A stretch of 62,985 nucleotides of DNA, filler included, from Octopus bimaculoides (Eukaryota), in assembly GCF_001194135.2 (NCBI RefSeq). It is 3 parts of 3 records of this genome, joined end to end, with 100 filler letters (N's around TTAATTAATTAA, not from the genome) between each part and the next. Parts side by side here need not be neighbours in the genome. Positions count along the whole stretch, not along the records: positions 36,380 to 62,985 come from NC_068989.1; 2 more parts are not named here. One strand, written 5' to 3'. How positions within the stretch are numbered: position 1 is the stretch's first letter; each line of letters opens with the position of its first letter. The position numbers and the translations under genes were made by a program. This document shows, one piece after another, positions 38,626 to 51,914 of the stretch. The notes under the pieces are model-generated. The model made no database searches, was not told where the DNA came from, and saw nothing but the letters and a program-made list of their open reading frames with translations.

Positions 38626-39204
38626 TCCTCCTCTCTCTCTCCCTTTCTCTCTCTCTCTTTCTCTCTCTATATATATATGCCACACACGTACACAAACACA
38701 CACATATATATATAATGTGTATACGTGTGTGTGTCTCTATGTGTATCCATATACATATACACGCACACACACATACACACACGCATACACACAATCAAAC
38801 ACACAGATACACACACGCATGCACACACATACGTATATGAAATATACATGAAACTCAGTTTCAATTTTCATTTGGGTTGGTTTGGCTTTTTCCTTTATTT
38901 TACGTGTACGGAAGCAGTTTCTTCGTTTCCGTTTCATTTTTTTCCTTTTCATTCCATGTAATTTTCATTTTACTCCTTCAGTCACGAGGTAGACGAGATT
39001 CTAAACTAACGTTTGCGTTAAAAGTAATATTTTGAAAAAAATATTTTGTTTAATAGTTTTGAGATTCAATATAAGAGTTTCAAATATCAAGATGGAAATG
39101 AAAAGTAATATATCAAATTGTCTTCAAAATGAAAAGGCTGGACAGAAACTACGAAGCAGTTTAATTTGCTTTATTCTTCTGGATAGAGAATAAAGCCTAT
39201 TATT

Positions 39205-39366
39205 ACAACCACATGGCTTTGTAGTTAGACGCTCGTTTTACAATCACATGATTTCGAGTTCAGTTCCGCTCTATGGCACATTGGCCAAGCGTCTTCTGCT
39301 ATAGCCCCGGGCCGATCATTGCCTTGCGAGTGAATCTGGTAGACGGAAATTGTATGAAAGCTCGTC
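39205..39366 (+). mobile_element. SINE family C, 5' part
   Basis: tttcgagttcagttcc..ggccaagcgtcttctgctatagccccgggccgatc..ggtagacggaaattg. Confidence 0.75.
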
Positions 39367-40125
39367 AGACGCTATAAAGCTAAATGTACAAATACGTGTA
39401 TATAAATATAAACAAACTAACATTTGTGTTTTCTTTTGTAAGCTTCGAAGTGTGTATTGTAAGATGCAAATAAGACGATAATTTATATTCGAACGCAGAA
39501 GGGCCGTTAGATCAGCAGAATTATTGGGTAAATTACCCTTACAAAGCGGAAAAGTTTTGCAACAACCAGCTATAGGATTCTTGAAGACTCCGGTCTAGTG
39601 CTTTACCATGAAGCCAAACTACCTGCTGTCAAAGGGATCCCCAATTTTAGACGCTATAAAGCTAAATGTACAACTACGTGTACAAAAATATAAACAAACT
39701 AACATTTTTTTTTAAGCGTTGAAATGTTCTCTTGGCCGGAGACATCAAGGGATGCGGGTTCGAATCCTATAGCTGGTTGTTGACAAATTTTTCCACTTTC
39801 TGAGGATAACTTACCCAATATTACTGCTGCTCTAAGGACGTTTCTGCGTTCAAAAATAAATTATCATCTTATTCTATCTTACAATACGCATTTCGAAGCT
39901 TAAAAAATCCAAAACAAATGTTTGCTTTTATTTATATACACGTAGTTGTACATTTAGCTTTATAGTGTCTAAAATTACGGATTGACTTGTCAGCGATAGT
40001 TTAGCTTAATGGTAAAGTACTGGCAAGAGTCTTCAAGGAATGTGGTTTCGAGTCCCGTGCTTGGTTGTTGACATTTTTTTTCCACTTTGTAAGGGGTAGT
40101 TCAATATTTCTGCTGTTCTAACGGT
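39367..40125. repeat. tandem and inverted array of a ~285-bp unit with a tRNA-like Pol III head
   Basis: agacgctataaagc recurs at 39367 and 39649 (period 282, minus orientation). Plus-orientation B boxes at 39757 and 40044 (period 287). The orientation switch is at about 39720. Confidence 0.8.
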
Positions 40126-40153
40126 GTTTTTATCATGTGTATATATATTATTA

Positions 40154-40184
<31 letters not shown>

Positions 40185-40188
<4 letters not shown>

Positions 40189-40337
40189 CTTCTAAAGAAA
40201 AATCAAGGGTGATGGATAATGTCTGCTAAGTGAAGATCAGTTGAGTTTTAAGGAGGGATGGCTCTACGAAGTAGTTTAGTGCACAGACTGGGAAGAGAGG
40301 CACCTGGCAGTTAGGAACGGTAATGCAGGTGCTGCAG
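40185..40337 (+). repeat. left arm of a perfect 153-bp inverted repeat
   Basis: Exact reverse complement of 41793-41945 by base-by-base comparison. Confidence 0.9.
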
Positions 40338-41246
40338 GTGCTTACACACATGTGTGTGTGTGTAAGACGAGCTTTCATGCAGTTACCGTAACTTAGCAGT
40401 TTCGTTCAAAGAGAGCAATAGAATATGTACCTAAGTACACGATTAAAGAAAAAAGCAGTGACATCGATTTATTTGAGTAAACTATTGAAGGTGGTGTTCC
40501 AGAATGGCTGCAGTCCAATGGCTAAAACATTTAAAAGATAATATACACACACATACCACACGATAATCAATCGTATTTATTATTCCTATTTCAATAAATA
40601 AAGGTTAAAATCTTGTATATTCTTTCATTGATTCTATTAAAAACATATCTCACATTTTGTATTCTCGTTTTACCAACCTACTGCGTAAGCCGATGTATAA
40701 TCGCATGTGTGTGTGTGCGCGCATGCGCGTGTGCGTACACACATACAAATGCATGCTTGCACAAGTCTGTGGGGAGAGAAATAAAGGAGAGTGGAGAGAG
40801 TAAGAGATAGTAAGTAAAACAGGATAAGACAAAGTAAATAACAAAACAATACAGTATGTGATTTGACTCAATATATCTTGATAGATAGAGCCACACGTAT
40901 TTAGTTGTCCTGTGAAATAAAATCCCGTGGTCAGGCTGCGGACTTTGTTTTTCAGCAGGCGATAAGAAAGATGGAACCGAATACTTGGACGTTTTACGAT
41001 GCTCTTAAAAATACATAAGCTGTAACCACGTGATCTGACAACATCACTATATACATACATACATACATACATATATAATTACATACATATATGTACACAC
41101 ACACATGCACAAACACCCCCCCCCCCACACACACACATATATATATATATATTTATTTACATATATATATATTTTTCGGCTTTAATAAATAGCGTATTAC
41201 TCTACCTTTGGTAATTGAGTACTATTTTTCCTAAATTGTTTCGCAC

Positions 41247-41283
<37 letters not shown>

Positions 41284-41618
41284 AGTTGATGACTGAAGTT
41301 ATAAAGAACACATAGAGAACTTCTAAACTTTAAAGATCAGTAACGATTACGTTTAATGCTAAAAATGCTACAAAACGCGTTTCAGAGAAGCGCACAACCG
41401 TCATTAAAATATATGCCTGTGTTTGCGAGTATACACTCGCAACTGATTAAGTTTATGTGCTACACATACATATACTACAAATACACACACTGACAGACAC
41501 GCACACACTTATGTATATAAATACAGACATATGTGTATCCGTATACATGCATTCATACACTCATACATACACGCATTCATACTTACACGCATACGCATTT
41601 AAAAATATATGTATGTAT

Positions 41619-41658
<40 letters not shown>

Positions 41659-41792
41659 ATACACACGCACACACACATATACATATATACATGTATACAT
41701 ACATACTTACATACAAACATATCCATATATATATATGGTGAGTGAGAATTAACAGGAAAAACGATTATTCGCCTAGTGTGGAAAATTACTTA

Positions 41793-41945
41793 CTGCAGCA
41801 CCTGCATTACCGTTCCTAACTGCCAGGTGCCTCTCTTCCCAGTCTGTGCACTAAACTACTTCGTAGAGCCATCCCTCCTTAAAACTCAACTGATCTTCAC
41901 TTAGCAGACATTATCCATCACCCTTGATTTTTCTTTAGAAGATAT
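41793..41945 (-). repeat. right arm of the perfect 153-bp inverted repeat; overlaps candidate exon 41794-41950
   Basis: Minus strand has a T-rich tract..gtgtag acceptor and a CA|GTAAGT donor. All three frames contain stops. Confidence 0.85.
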
Positions 41946-42065
41946 GGACACTACACATGGTCGATGAAAAAAAAAAATAAAAACTAAGAAAAGACCCCTG
42001 TAATTTCATTGTCTCGCTTCATTTGCATTTAGTCATAATTTGTCGTTCATTAAATTGACTACCCA

Positions 42066-42183
42066 AGCGTAGATATAGTTGTGTGTTTAGGAAATTTGTT
42101 TCACAAGAACGGGCTTTCGAGTTCGGTTGTGCTGCATAGTACGTTGTGCAAATGGCACTGTAAGTAAATTTATGCACAAGCCC

Positions 42184-42224
<41 letters not shown>

Positions 42225-42850
42225 NNNNNNNNNNNNNNNNNNNNNNNNNNNNNNNNNNNNNNNNNNNNNNNNNNNNNNNNNNNNNNNNNNNNNNNNNNNN
42301 NNNNNNNNNNNNNNNNNNNNNNNNNNNNNNNNNNNNNNNNNNNNNNNNNNNNNNNNNNNNNNNNNNNNNNNNNNNNNNNNNNNNNNNNNNNNNNNNNNNN
42401 NNNNNNNNNNNNNNNNNNNNNNNNNNNNNNNNNNNNNNNNNNNNNNNNNNNNNNNNNNNNNNNNNNNNNNNNNNNNNNNNNNNNNNNNNNNNNNNNNNNN
42501 NNNNNNNNNNNNNNNNNNNNNNNNNNNNNNNNNNNNNNNNNNNNNNNNNNNNNNNNNNNNNNNNNNNNNNNNNNNNNNNNNNNNNNNNNNNNNNNNNNNN
42601 NNNNNNNATATATGTAAGCATACATGTATATGTGCACACACACACACATAATGTGTACGCGTGCACATCTTTGTGTTTGTGTTCGTCTGTCACGGAGTGT
42701 TATTTTTGTTTACACCACTATTAAGTAGCGGTTCGGGGAAAGAGACATAGAAAACAAGTTCCAGATTTAAATAAGTACTGGGGCCGATTTCATGGATTAA
42801 ACACTTCAAAGGTGTGTCGCAGAATGAAAATATCCCACGACTGAAAGAAC
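42066..42850 (+). mobile_element. SINE family C, diverged, split by a (TA)n expansion and a gap
   Basis: Head gcgtagatatagttgtgtg..tttcgagttcgg at 42066-42160. Tail gcggttcggggaaagagacatagaa..taagtactggggccgattt at 42725-42850. Confidence 0.6.
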
Positions 42851-44082
42851 TAAAACCTTAGAACATCACACACTTAAACATCATTATTCTGAAGCCAGAG
42901 AGACGAAATCTGAATGAGACTTTTATACTAAAATGTGGATTTTAGTATAAAATGACGAAGCTAATACTTTAGTTTGGCTTTGGACGAAATACTTTGCCTC
43001 CTTACAAATATACATGACAAGAGAGTAGGACATCACGGCGGATCACTGAAATCTAAATCTGTACGTTTACGAGAAACAATAGTTCTCTAATTGTCAACAA
43101 TATGATTAGCTATTTGCCATCAATAGACAACTGCAAAACCTCCATGTCGCAGTGGTTCAGTGAAATTTTTTCAAATGTCTCAACAACATATAACTCAACA
43201 ACAGCGAACCCTGCTCAAATGGCATCCTGTGTTAGCTGCCAAGAGGCACACAATAAATTCATGGATGTTACCTTTATTCGTATGTGTCCCTAATATTTCT
43301 AAGATCACTGAAACCTGCAGGATCACTAAAAGACATAATATAAATAGCTGTGATACTGACCTGACCTAAGATCTTGTCTTTCATGGTTTTGGAATATGTA
43401 GAGAACGCAGTCAAAAACTATATTTCGTGGGAGTTGGAATTCCAATATCGTGTCTCGCTGCATAATGCCAACGATGTAGATGTGTTTTCATTATTCTTGG
43501 CGCTGAAATATCTCAAGTATTTGACATGTTCAACTGTGACAAGCGGCTTGAAATCACAGGCGTACAAAAGTTATGACTCATTCTAGCTGACATGCAAAAG
43601 ACAAGGAATTAGACGGCAGTTTCTCTATCTCTATGCTCAGTCTTTTTTACAAAAAAAAAAAAAAGAAAAACGATCAATCGTGGTGAAGTGGTGAAAATTT
43701 TGTTTGAAGGAAAATTCATGTGCATTACAAAGCAAAAACAACTCCTTGGTCATCTAAGCCGAAGTTTGAGTTTCAGTCGTAGAATATGGAAAAAGTAACT
43801 TTGAAATAAACCAATTAGTATTCATAACTTTTTTCTTAACTTCTTTTAGCTATTCTACAAAAAGGGGATAACAGACGTTAAAAAGAAAGTAAGTTAGGTG
43901 TTTGTTCCCAGTGAAGCAATACAGGTATTTGTTACCCATGTCTTCATGGAAACTTTTGAAATCGCCATAACATACTTGCGTTTAAACATGGTTAATATTC
44001 AAACAGATCATCATCATCATATAATCACTGTGTAGTAAATATCATCACCTATATTATCTGTGGTAATATTACAATCTGTATT

Positions 44083-44299
44083 AAGGCCGCGAGCTGACAG
44101 AATCGTTAGCACGCCGAGCAAAATGCTTTGCGGGATTTCGTCCGACTTTATGTTCTGAGTTCAAATTCTACCGAGGTCATCCTTGCCTTTCCTCCTTCCG
44201 GAGTTGATGAAATAAGTACCAGTCGAGCACTGTTGTCCATGTAATCGATTTAACTCTTCTCCGGAATTGCTGGTCTTCTGCCAAAATTAGAAACCAATA
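44083..44299 (+). mobile_element. SINE family B
   Basis: aaggccgcgagctgacagaatcgttagcacgccgagcaaaatgc..gagttcaaattc..gatgaaataagtaccag. Confidence 0.9.
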
Positions 44300-44542
44300 T
44301 CATAATTTGTATGAACATTATCAACGTATGGTCATATCGTGTACTTCTAGTTTGCTGTGCAAAAAACATCCGTATCTCAGAAATCACTGACACTGACTTT
44401 TAAAATAATATCGTTTACCGATATTCAAATAAGTCTGAACCATGGGAAATTAACGAAATATTACGATTTAAAAAAATATGATTACACCCCACTACACGCT
44501 TGTGTGTATCTATGTGAGTGTGTCCTTATCTGCCTGTCTCCA

Positions 44543-44581
<39 letters not shown>

Positions 44582-44591
44582 NNNNNNNNNN

Positions 44592-44624
<33 letters not shown>

Positions 44625-47534
44625 GTACATATATACATGCACACACAAACACACACACAGACAAACACACACACACACACACACACATTGATAATTCATT
44701 AAAACTCTGTAGGTAGACATTTACGAGATAGTTACTTTTGTAAACTGAAGGAAATTAGCTGAATGTATTGTAAAACTAGATCAGATATTAGACCCGTATA
44801 TCTAAACTTAGAAGGGTATTAACTTATTATTGTGCCAGCATACAATTTCTATAATGTAATAGTAACTGTGTTTAAAACACCACTGGACCATGGCGTGTTA
44901 TGCTTGCGATAACGTGTTACACCAGAATCAGTAAGTAAAACGAGCCTATGAAGCTTATGTTTAATGCCTTGAATTAGTTCATCCGTAGTCTCTTGTCGTA
45001 TCATTACTGTTGACGTAGTAATTTTATAGCATTTACAATAAAGCAAGAGAGCTTACCAATATAAAAAGGAAGTTGTTATAGATTCAAGTTCCATTCACTG
45101 CCATAATTTAACGGTTTGACTTATAATTAGACGATGGCAGAAATATGATACAGCAAACTATCGTACAGAAAATATTTATTCTCGGAAACCGTGACGGCTT
45201 GCTAATTTTGCAACAAGCAATTTAGCAATCAATCAATCAATTATTTTACAGATATTCCAACGATTAAAAAAAAAAAACTGTCGTATTTTTCACATTTGCC
45301 TTCAACTCTTCAGTTGTCCACAACATATAAAATTACTGAACTAAATCAAAGCAATGCAAAAATGCTAAATGTAAAAATACTAAACTAATTTGTGGTCTTG
45401 AGGTATTACGTACGTAATATTTACTTATGCAGACATACGAACTCCCTTTAGTATAAAATCAATCAGTACCAAATCCAACTTTTCTACATTGCATAAACCA
45501 ACGAGGGAATGACTACGTGTGCCAGTGAGAAATAGCAGTCAAATTTCCATCAAATCGCATCAAAAACCAAAAACAATATAGATATTACAATGAGGCTGGA
45601 AGATAATGGTTGGGGCGTCATTGATTATAATTTGATCTCTCAGATATGACATAGGGTGAAACAACGACGACGACAGCTTTACACTACATAAAGTGAGTGT
45701 CTTACACTATAATAACGCGAGATTATCGCTCCCCATCATCTCATCTGTAACTGTGAGACGAGACTGTGAAGCATTCATTATATTTAAGTAACAAAGTCTT
45801 AACAAAGGCATAAACATCATATTTCTCATTCCCCACTGATGTATAAAGTCACTGTGCCCATTGAAAAAGAAAACATTTTTCTCTTTCATAAAGCTATTTA
45901 AAACAATAGCAGATATTTCTATGTAGAATGACATTGTTCAAACTGAAAGGAACGCATGCAGTTCAGCATTTGTAAATGTTCCATTTATGATGATGTCATA
46001 GGATAATTTGATTAGCCAAAGCATATTTAATTATCAGAATGGAAAACAATATAAGTATGTTTGTGCGCCCTATAACATAATAAACTGATTGTGATGATAT
46101 ATCATTAACCTTGTAAGCATATAAAGCTATGTTTGAAGCATTGAAATCTTGAATAGTAGGAAATGTTATAAAATATTAAATAATTAAATTAGCTGGAAAC
46201 GATTAGCTCTGAAGTTAGTAGCATCCGATTCCCAGTTAATGTGCTTTCTTGGGTTTTACGAGGGGATCGCTGTTAGGCTGTGGTATACTCTTAGAATACT
46301 GGTTTACATTGCAAATTTGATTCCGGGTTGAGCTATTTTGTTTAATTTACATACAGGATCTCTGTTTGAGATGTTTGCAGAGAAGTAGTAGCTCCGCCGG
46401 AGGCACTAACAGTGTTCCCTTGGTAGCACATCGTCCATATTTAATTTCTACTTGAAACCCAGCTCTCACCTGTGGTTCCAAGAATCTGTAGCGTGCCAAG
46501 AGACCAGGTACCGACAAACCAATTAAAGAGATGGACTAAACCAGTTGAGAGCAGCCGATTCACTTAGACTCTTGGTGAATCAGAGTGTATCTTCTACTTC
46601 AGCATCTGAAAATTGAATCCGGTAGATTGTTGGAACGAAAACAACTATGGAACCAACTTCTAAAAGGTAAGGTGGTTTCAGTACGAAGTGTAGAAAGCTA
46701 AAAGGATGACGAGACACTAAAGACGTTCTGGTCATAGTGTCTGTTTCCTTTAGCAGGTTGGTTGAAAGTATGCGCGACAGGCAGAAAAGAAACGATGAGA
46801 TGAATCCTTCCATGAAATATTTCTTAACCAAAAGAGATCAAGTCTTTATGTATTTTCCTCTTTTGTTTGTATCTGTAGAATTATCTGTCATTTATTCATG
46901 ACAGTTTAATGTATATACTTATATTTGTGGTTGCTTTACATTTGGCTAATATTTCCAGGACACACGTAGAAAAGACTGTCGAATGCCTTCTCATGGTGAA
47001 TCTATGGCATTCTGAAACACTGCAGCATAAGTTCTACTCTTAAAATTTTAGATGCTTATTCATCGACTGCATAAGAGTGATCCCAATAACACTTCTACAA
47101 ATAGTATATGCATTTACTGTCGTCGTAACATGTTTAAGTTATATTCTCACCTGGTTGCTAAGTTCATTAGCAAAACTAGACTGATAAAAGATATATAATG
47201 AATTCTTTTACAAAATATCTCCCCAAATTTGACATAGAAAAATTATATTTGTTACAAATACTGGACGGTAAGGGTCGTATGCAACTACAAAGATATTATG
47301 GAAAAATTCACAGTAGCACTTTCAAACTATTTATTTAAGAACAATGGAAAACTAATGTAAATAACTACAAAACAAGAATAAGATAACTTCTAGGAAACCT
47401 AAAAGAAAAACTGAAGGTACAGTCTGTTATGAAAGAAAAAAGGAAGAAAAAGAACTTGTTAAAACTGGGGCTAAAAAGTACCTAAAGACAAATGTAGGAG
47501 GGAGTTATATGACAAAGATTAAAAAAATACACAC

Positions 47535-48412
47535 CATGTGGAATTGGGTGTATCTAAAGGATACCTTGTTTATTATAGAGTGGAATTATTTGATGACATC
47601 TTTAGATAGGTAACTTCGTTGTCTTGCCATGAATAACTGATCTTCATGTCTAGCATTCATTTGTGGGTAAGAAATATGGATTATATGTGTTAGGAAATTT
47701 CTGGTTATGTTTGTGATAATTTTTATGGTAAGCGGTAGATTAGAACCGGGAAACTTGTCTTTTCTCAGTCGTATTGTACTCTGTGGTGGATAGGGTTTTA
47801 TCTCTATTTTTTTTTCACGAAAGCCACTCCTAGATTACACATTAATCTAATAGAGGGATCTCGAGAACAGATCAAAGATACTCCTCGTTAATTCAGCCAA
47901 AGATTTTCCAATTAGGGATGATGGGTGGTTGTAATTGATATGAATTTAAAATACTTGCCTTCTTTAAATTTAATGTTATTTCAAGGAAGTTTTAATTGTT
48001 ATGATAGGGATAAAAGATATGTTTAAGCCGAATTACTTAAATACTCTATTTTAATATCCTTTGAACCTGTCTTTTGTGTCGATATTTATATTACATGAGC
48101 TGTCACAGCTAGGAGTGGTGATGTTGGTACACATCCAGAGTGTGTCGAGGATGAACAATTTCATAAGACCCGCCACCTTAACCCCATCATATCTTCTTTT
48201 AGAGAAACCGAACAATAAGCAATCCTCCCTTTGAACCAATAGAAGATCTCGGAATATAACAATGAGTTCCTTGCTTTTATTATGATCTTGTTAAGTCGTT
48301 CAGTGTTGAATTCTCTTTCAAATTCTAGAGCATTAGGGAGGAAACATAAAATCGTTAAAAGCATCAAGCTTTATATTAATGGTCTCTGGAACTGTAAAAT
48401 TGCAGATCATCA
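47535..48412 (-). pseudogene. Penelope-like element (PLE) reverse transcriptase remnant, Neptune-like
   Basis: Broken frames IIKARNSLLY..RYDGVKVAGLMKLFILDTL..NFLEITLNL..NHPSSL..SNLPLTIKIITNITRNFL..NKVSF follow the order of the PLE motifs ARKSLLF..GSYDGAE.CELVGLFIL..NFLDVTLNL..SNHPP..WFNPP...TNIG..FL..KVSY. Confidence 0.65.
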
Positions 48413-48780
48413 AGTAACTTGTAATATCTGTTAAAAACGTCACCGGCAAGGGATCCATTTGGAAATATTTCAAACATAAACGCTTTAATGTCAAAATCCA
48501 TAGAAATTATCTCTAAATATTCGAGTTTAGCATCGTTGAGCAATTGTCTTGAAGTTAGAAAATCTGAGTGGCCTCTCGCTATTTATACAGTTGTTCATGA
48601 GTAGTAACTCTGAAAACCGCAAGATATTCAACCGCATCATCAGCCCCAAACAATGAGAACCAAGCGTACAAGTGCACCAAAAGGCATAACGCTTTCCTTT
48701 TTTCACAATATCATATGAAAATCACTTCAATTTAGCTCCCGTGGCTATACTGACATCTACTAGACTATACTGAAGTCATC

Positions 48781-49200
48781 TACTAGAACCCTGGCCGACC
48801 AAGGCTTGTGAGAGAATTTGGTAGAGGTTACCTTTTCCGTATCCCGTCGCATACATATATACACGCATAAATTGCCTGCATGTATACATGCATACATACA
48901 TATACAGATGCATATTTTCAAATTATATAAAGGTAAACTTAAATTCTGTAATTAATATTTCAAAATATCTCCTTCATGGCACGGTACTTACAAAATCCCT
49001 TATGTAATTCTAATATAATGTAAGGATCATTGTAACAGCTGTAGGGAGGTATACATTGTAACATAACTTTGCGTTTGTACTTGCACTACTTGGCAATAAG
49101 TGTTATTTTGTTTGTATCCCCGTAACTAAGTGGCTCGGCAAAAAGACCGATAGAATAAATACTAGATTTAACAAGAAGTACTGAGGTAGATTTGTTCGCC
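48781..49200 (+). mobile_element. SINE family C fragments
   Basis: ctactagaaccctggccgaccaaggcttgtgagagaatttggtag at 48781 and ccccgtaactaagtggctcggcaaaaagaccgatagaataa at about 49120. Confidence 0.6.
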
Positions 49201-50544
49201 CAACCCATCAAGCTGGTACCCAGTTCTGTAAATGAAACAAATAAAAGATAAAAGATTCACAAACGATAAAAGAAAAAAAATTAAGCACAAACAACAGGTT
49301 AACTGCGCAGGACAAGACACGAACATGGAAACCAGTTTTTCTCATCAAATGTTGACTAAGGACTCGAGAAACTTTCGGAACTTTATCAACAGGATTTCTC
49401 ACTTCATACATAGATACATAGACACACACACACACATACATACATACATACATACATTTTCGTTAAAATCTCTGTAATATGTAGACCCGACGTAAGATCC
49501 GGTACAGGGAAAAAGAAAATGTGCAGAGGTGTTATTCAGGAGACTTTAAGATAATGCTAAAAGATAAAACAAAAGGAGAATATCTCTACCAAAGTAAATA
49601 CGACACTGAGACTAAATTTTAGTTGTAAATCAACTTCTTCAGTGCCAGGTTTGAGAAACTGGGCTTCACTAAACCAGAAAGGACACAAACTATTAACTGT
49701 GAAATTTCTAAATGCATTGCAAATGGTTAGCCGGTAATAGATATACAAACGTGTATGTATTTACATACATAAATTTGAAAATACATACGAGTATGCATAC
49801 ATACTCAGATATATTACACCCCAACTCACATATTACATATATATGTGTGTATGTGTGTGTGTGTTTGTATGAATTCTTATTTATACCTACATACATGCAC
49901 ACATACATGCATACATACATACATACATACATACATACATACATACACATATACAGGCTTACATATATACATACATATATATACACACGCCACCCACACA
50001 TGAGTACGCACCACACACGCATATACACATAAATTTCTTTATACAAAGTACTTCGAGTAATGAAGAACCGAGACACTTAGTCAAATAAATCTTGATTTAT
50101 TTTAAACCCGGTGCCTCGTGTTTCACCTGATGGAAATCTACTTTCTGTAGTGACACTGCGAAGAAATAAGCTTGTTTTGAATTATCAAGTATACTTTCTA
50201 TGAGTAAAAAATGCCACATCGTGATTGGCGAAAATAAAGAAAATTTTCTCTATGTTTGTGCCATCACGACGCGGGAAATCCGTTTTCTTTTAGGTTAGCG
50301 TTACAAGGACAGGAATAATAACTGATAAACTATTTAAACATTAAGCGTTTAAAGTTAAGCACTTTTCATCCTGAAATTATAAGACCACAAATATTTTATC
50401 AACTTCCTCTTCACGCCTATCCGTCTATTAATCACCGACATAGTTTCATCTATATCTGAAAGTCCATGTCGACAACCTTGGCCACTCTTACTTTCGACAT
50501 ATATGTGACAAATTGAAAAAAAAAAAAATTGTATCAATATTGCA

Positions 50545-50928
50545 TAGGCGTAACTGTGGGGTAGGAAGCTTGTTTCAGCAATCACATGGTTCCAGGTTCA
50601 GTCCTCCTGCGTGACACTTTGAGTAAATGCGTTCTACTAAAGACCCGGGCCGATCAAAGCCTAGTGAGTAGATTTGGGAGACGGAAGCTGAAAGAAGCCC
50701 GTCCTATATGCATAGGTATGTATGTATGTATGTATGTATGTATGTATGTATGTATATATATATACACACATACACACCCATACACAGAGACACACACAGA
50801 GACACAGATACACATACACACAGAGACAGAAATATACGCACACACACATGTCCATCGCATCTTATAACAGAAACAGTTATAAGCTAATGAAGTTCATAAG
50901 ACAATCGTCTACATACATATATATATTA

Positions 50929-50980
<52 letters not shown>

Positions 50981-51117
50981 NNNNNNNNNNNNNNNNNNNN
51001 NNNNNNNNNNNNNNNNNNNNNNNNNNNNNNNNNNNNNNNNNNNNNNNNNNNNNNNNNNNNNNNNNNNNNNNNNNNNNNNNNNNNNNNNNNNNNNNNNNNN
51101 NNNNNNNNNNNNNNNNN

Positions 51118-51181
<64 letters not shown>

Positions 51182-51445
51182 CACATATACATACACACAT
51201 ACATATGTATATACCTGTGTGTGTGTCTTTGTGTATGTATTTGTCCCCCACACCACCACAGCTTGACGACCGGTGCTGGTTTGCTTATATCCGCGTATCT
51301 TAACGGTTCGGCAAAAAAACCGACACAGTAACTACCAGGCTTTAAAAAATAAGGCCTGGGGTTGATTTGTTCGACTAAAATCCTTCAAAGCGGTGGTGCC
51401 CAGCATGGCTGCAATCAAATGTCTAAAACTAGTAAAAGATAAGAA
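50545..51445 (+). mobile_element. SINE family C, full length, with an expanded internal microsatellite
   Basis: Head at 50545-50705, ~530 bp of (TA/CA/TACA)n plus a gap, tail at 51235-51445. Confidence 0.85.
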
Positions 51446-51914
51446 TGCCGAGGTTAAGTTATTTCCCTTTTTATATTGACATTTTAAAAACCCTCTTCTT
51501 TATTTCTGTTTTAACTAAAACGTCTCAGAAATAATTCAAAATGTCAATAATATAATATTATATATATATATATATGTTAGTTCATGTGACATGTAGTAGC
51601 AAGTAGATTCATGTTGAATTAATTACTTCACTGATGACATCGTGTTTCTCAGACGATTGCAATGATTGATATACATGTCATATAAAGATAATTGGATTAA
51701 GAATTACATTTTTTAATTATTGGCTTCTTACACATAAGTTCATAAATTTAAGAGGGGATAATTGAGCTTTTAGATATTCATGTTTTCTCGAAGGTGTTTC
51801 AGATGTTAATAAAATTATGGTGTTGGGAATTTAATCTTACGGGAGACTAAGATTAGAGGGAAGGTTTTAACTCTTCCACGGTGTTTGCTACCCATTCTAA
51901 TTACTAGCACCAAA

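Noticed and set aside
39345-39375. CUGACGAG hammerhead-like core on the minus strand
   Set aside because: Created by the junction between a SINE fragment and the array unit; no stem II or GAAA partner.
43102-43586. Short plus-strand ORFs including MVLEYVE (kinase-hinge-like)
   Set aside because: No other kinase motifs and no exon boundaries.
46250-46850. Complex-sequence island with an 83-aa minus ORF
   Set aside because: No recognisable domain in any frame.
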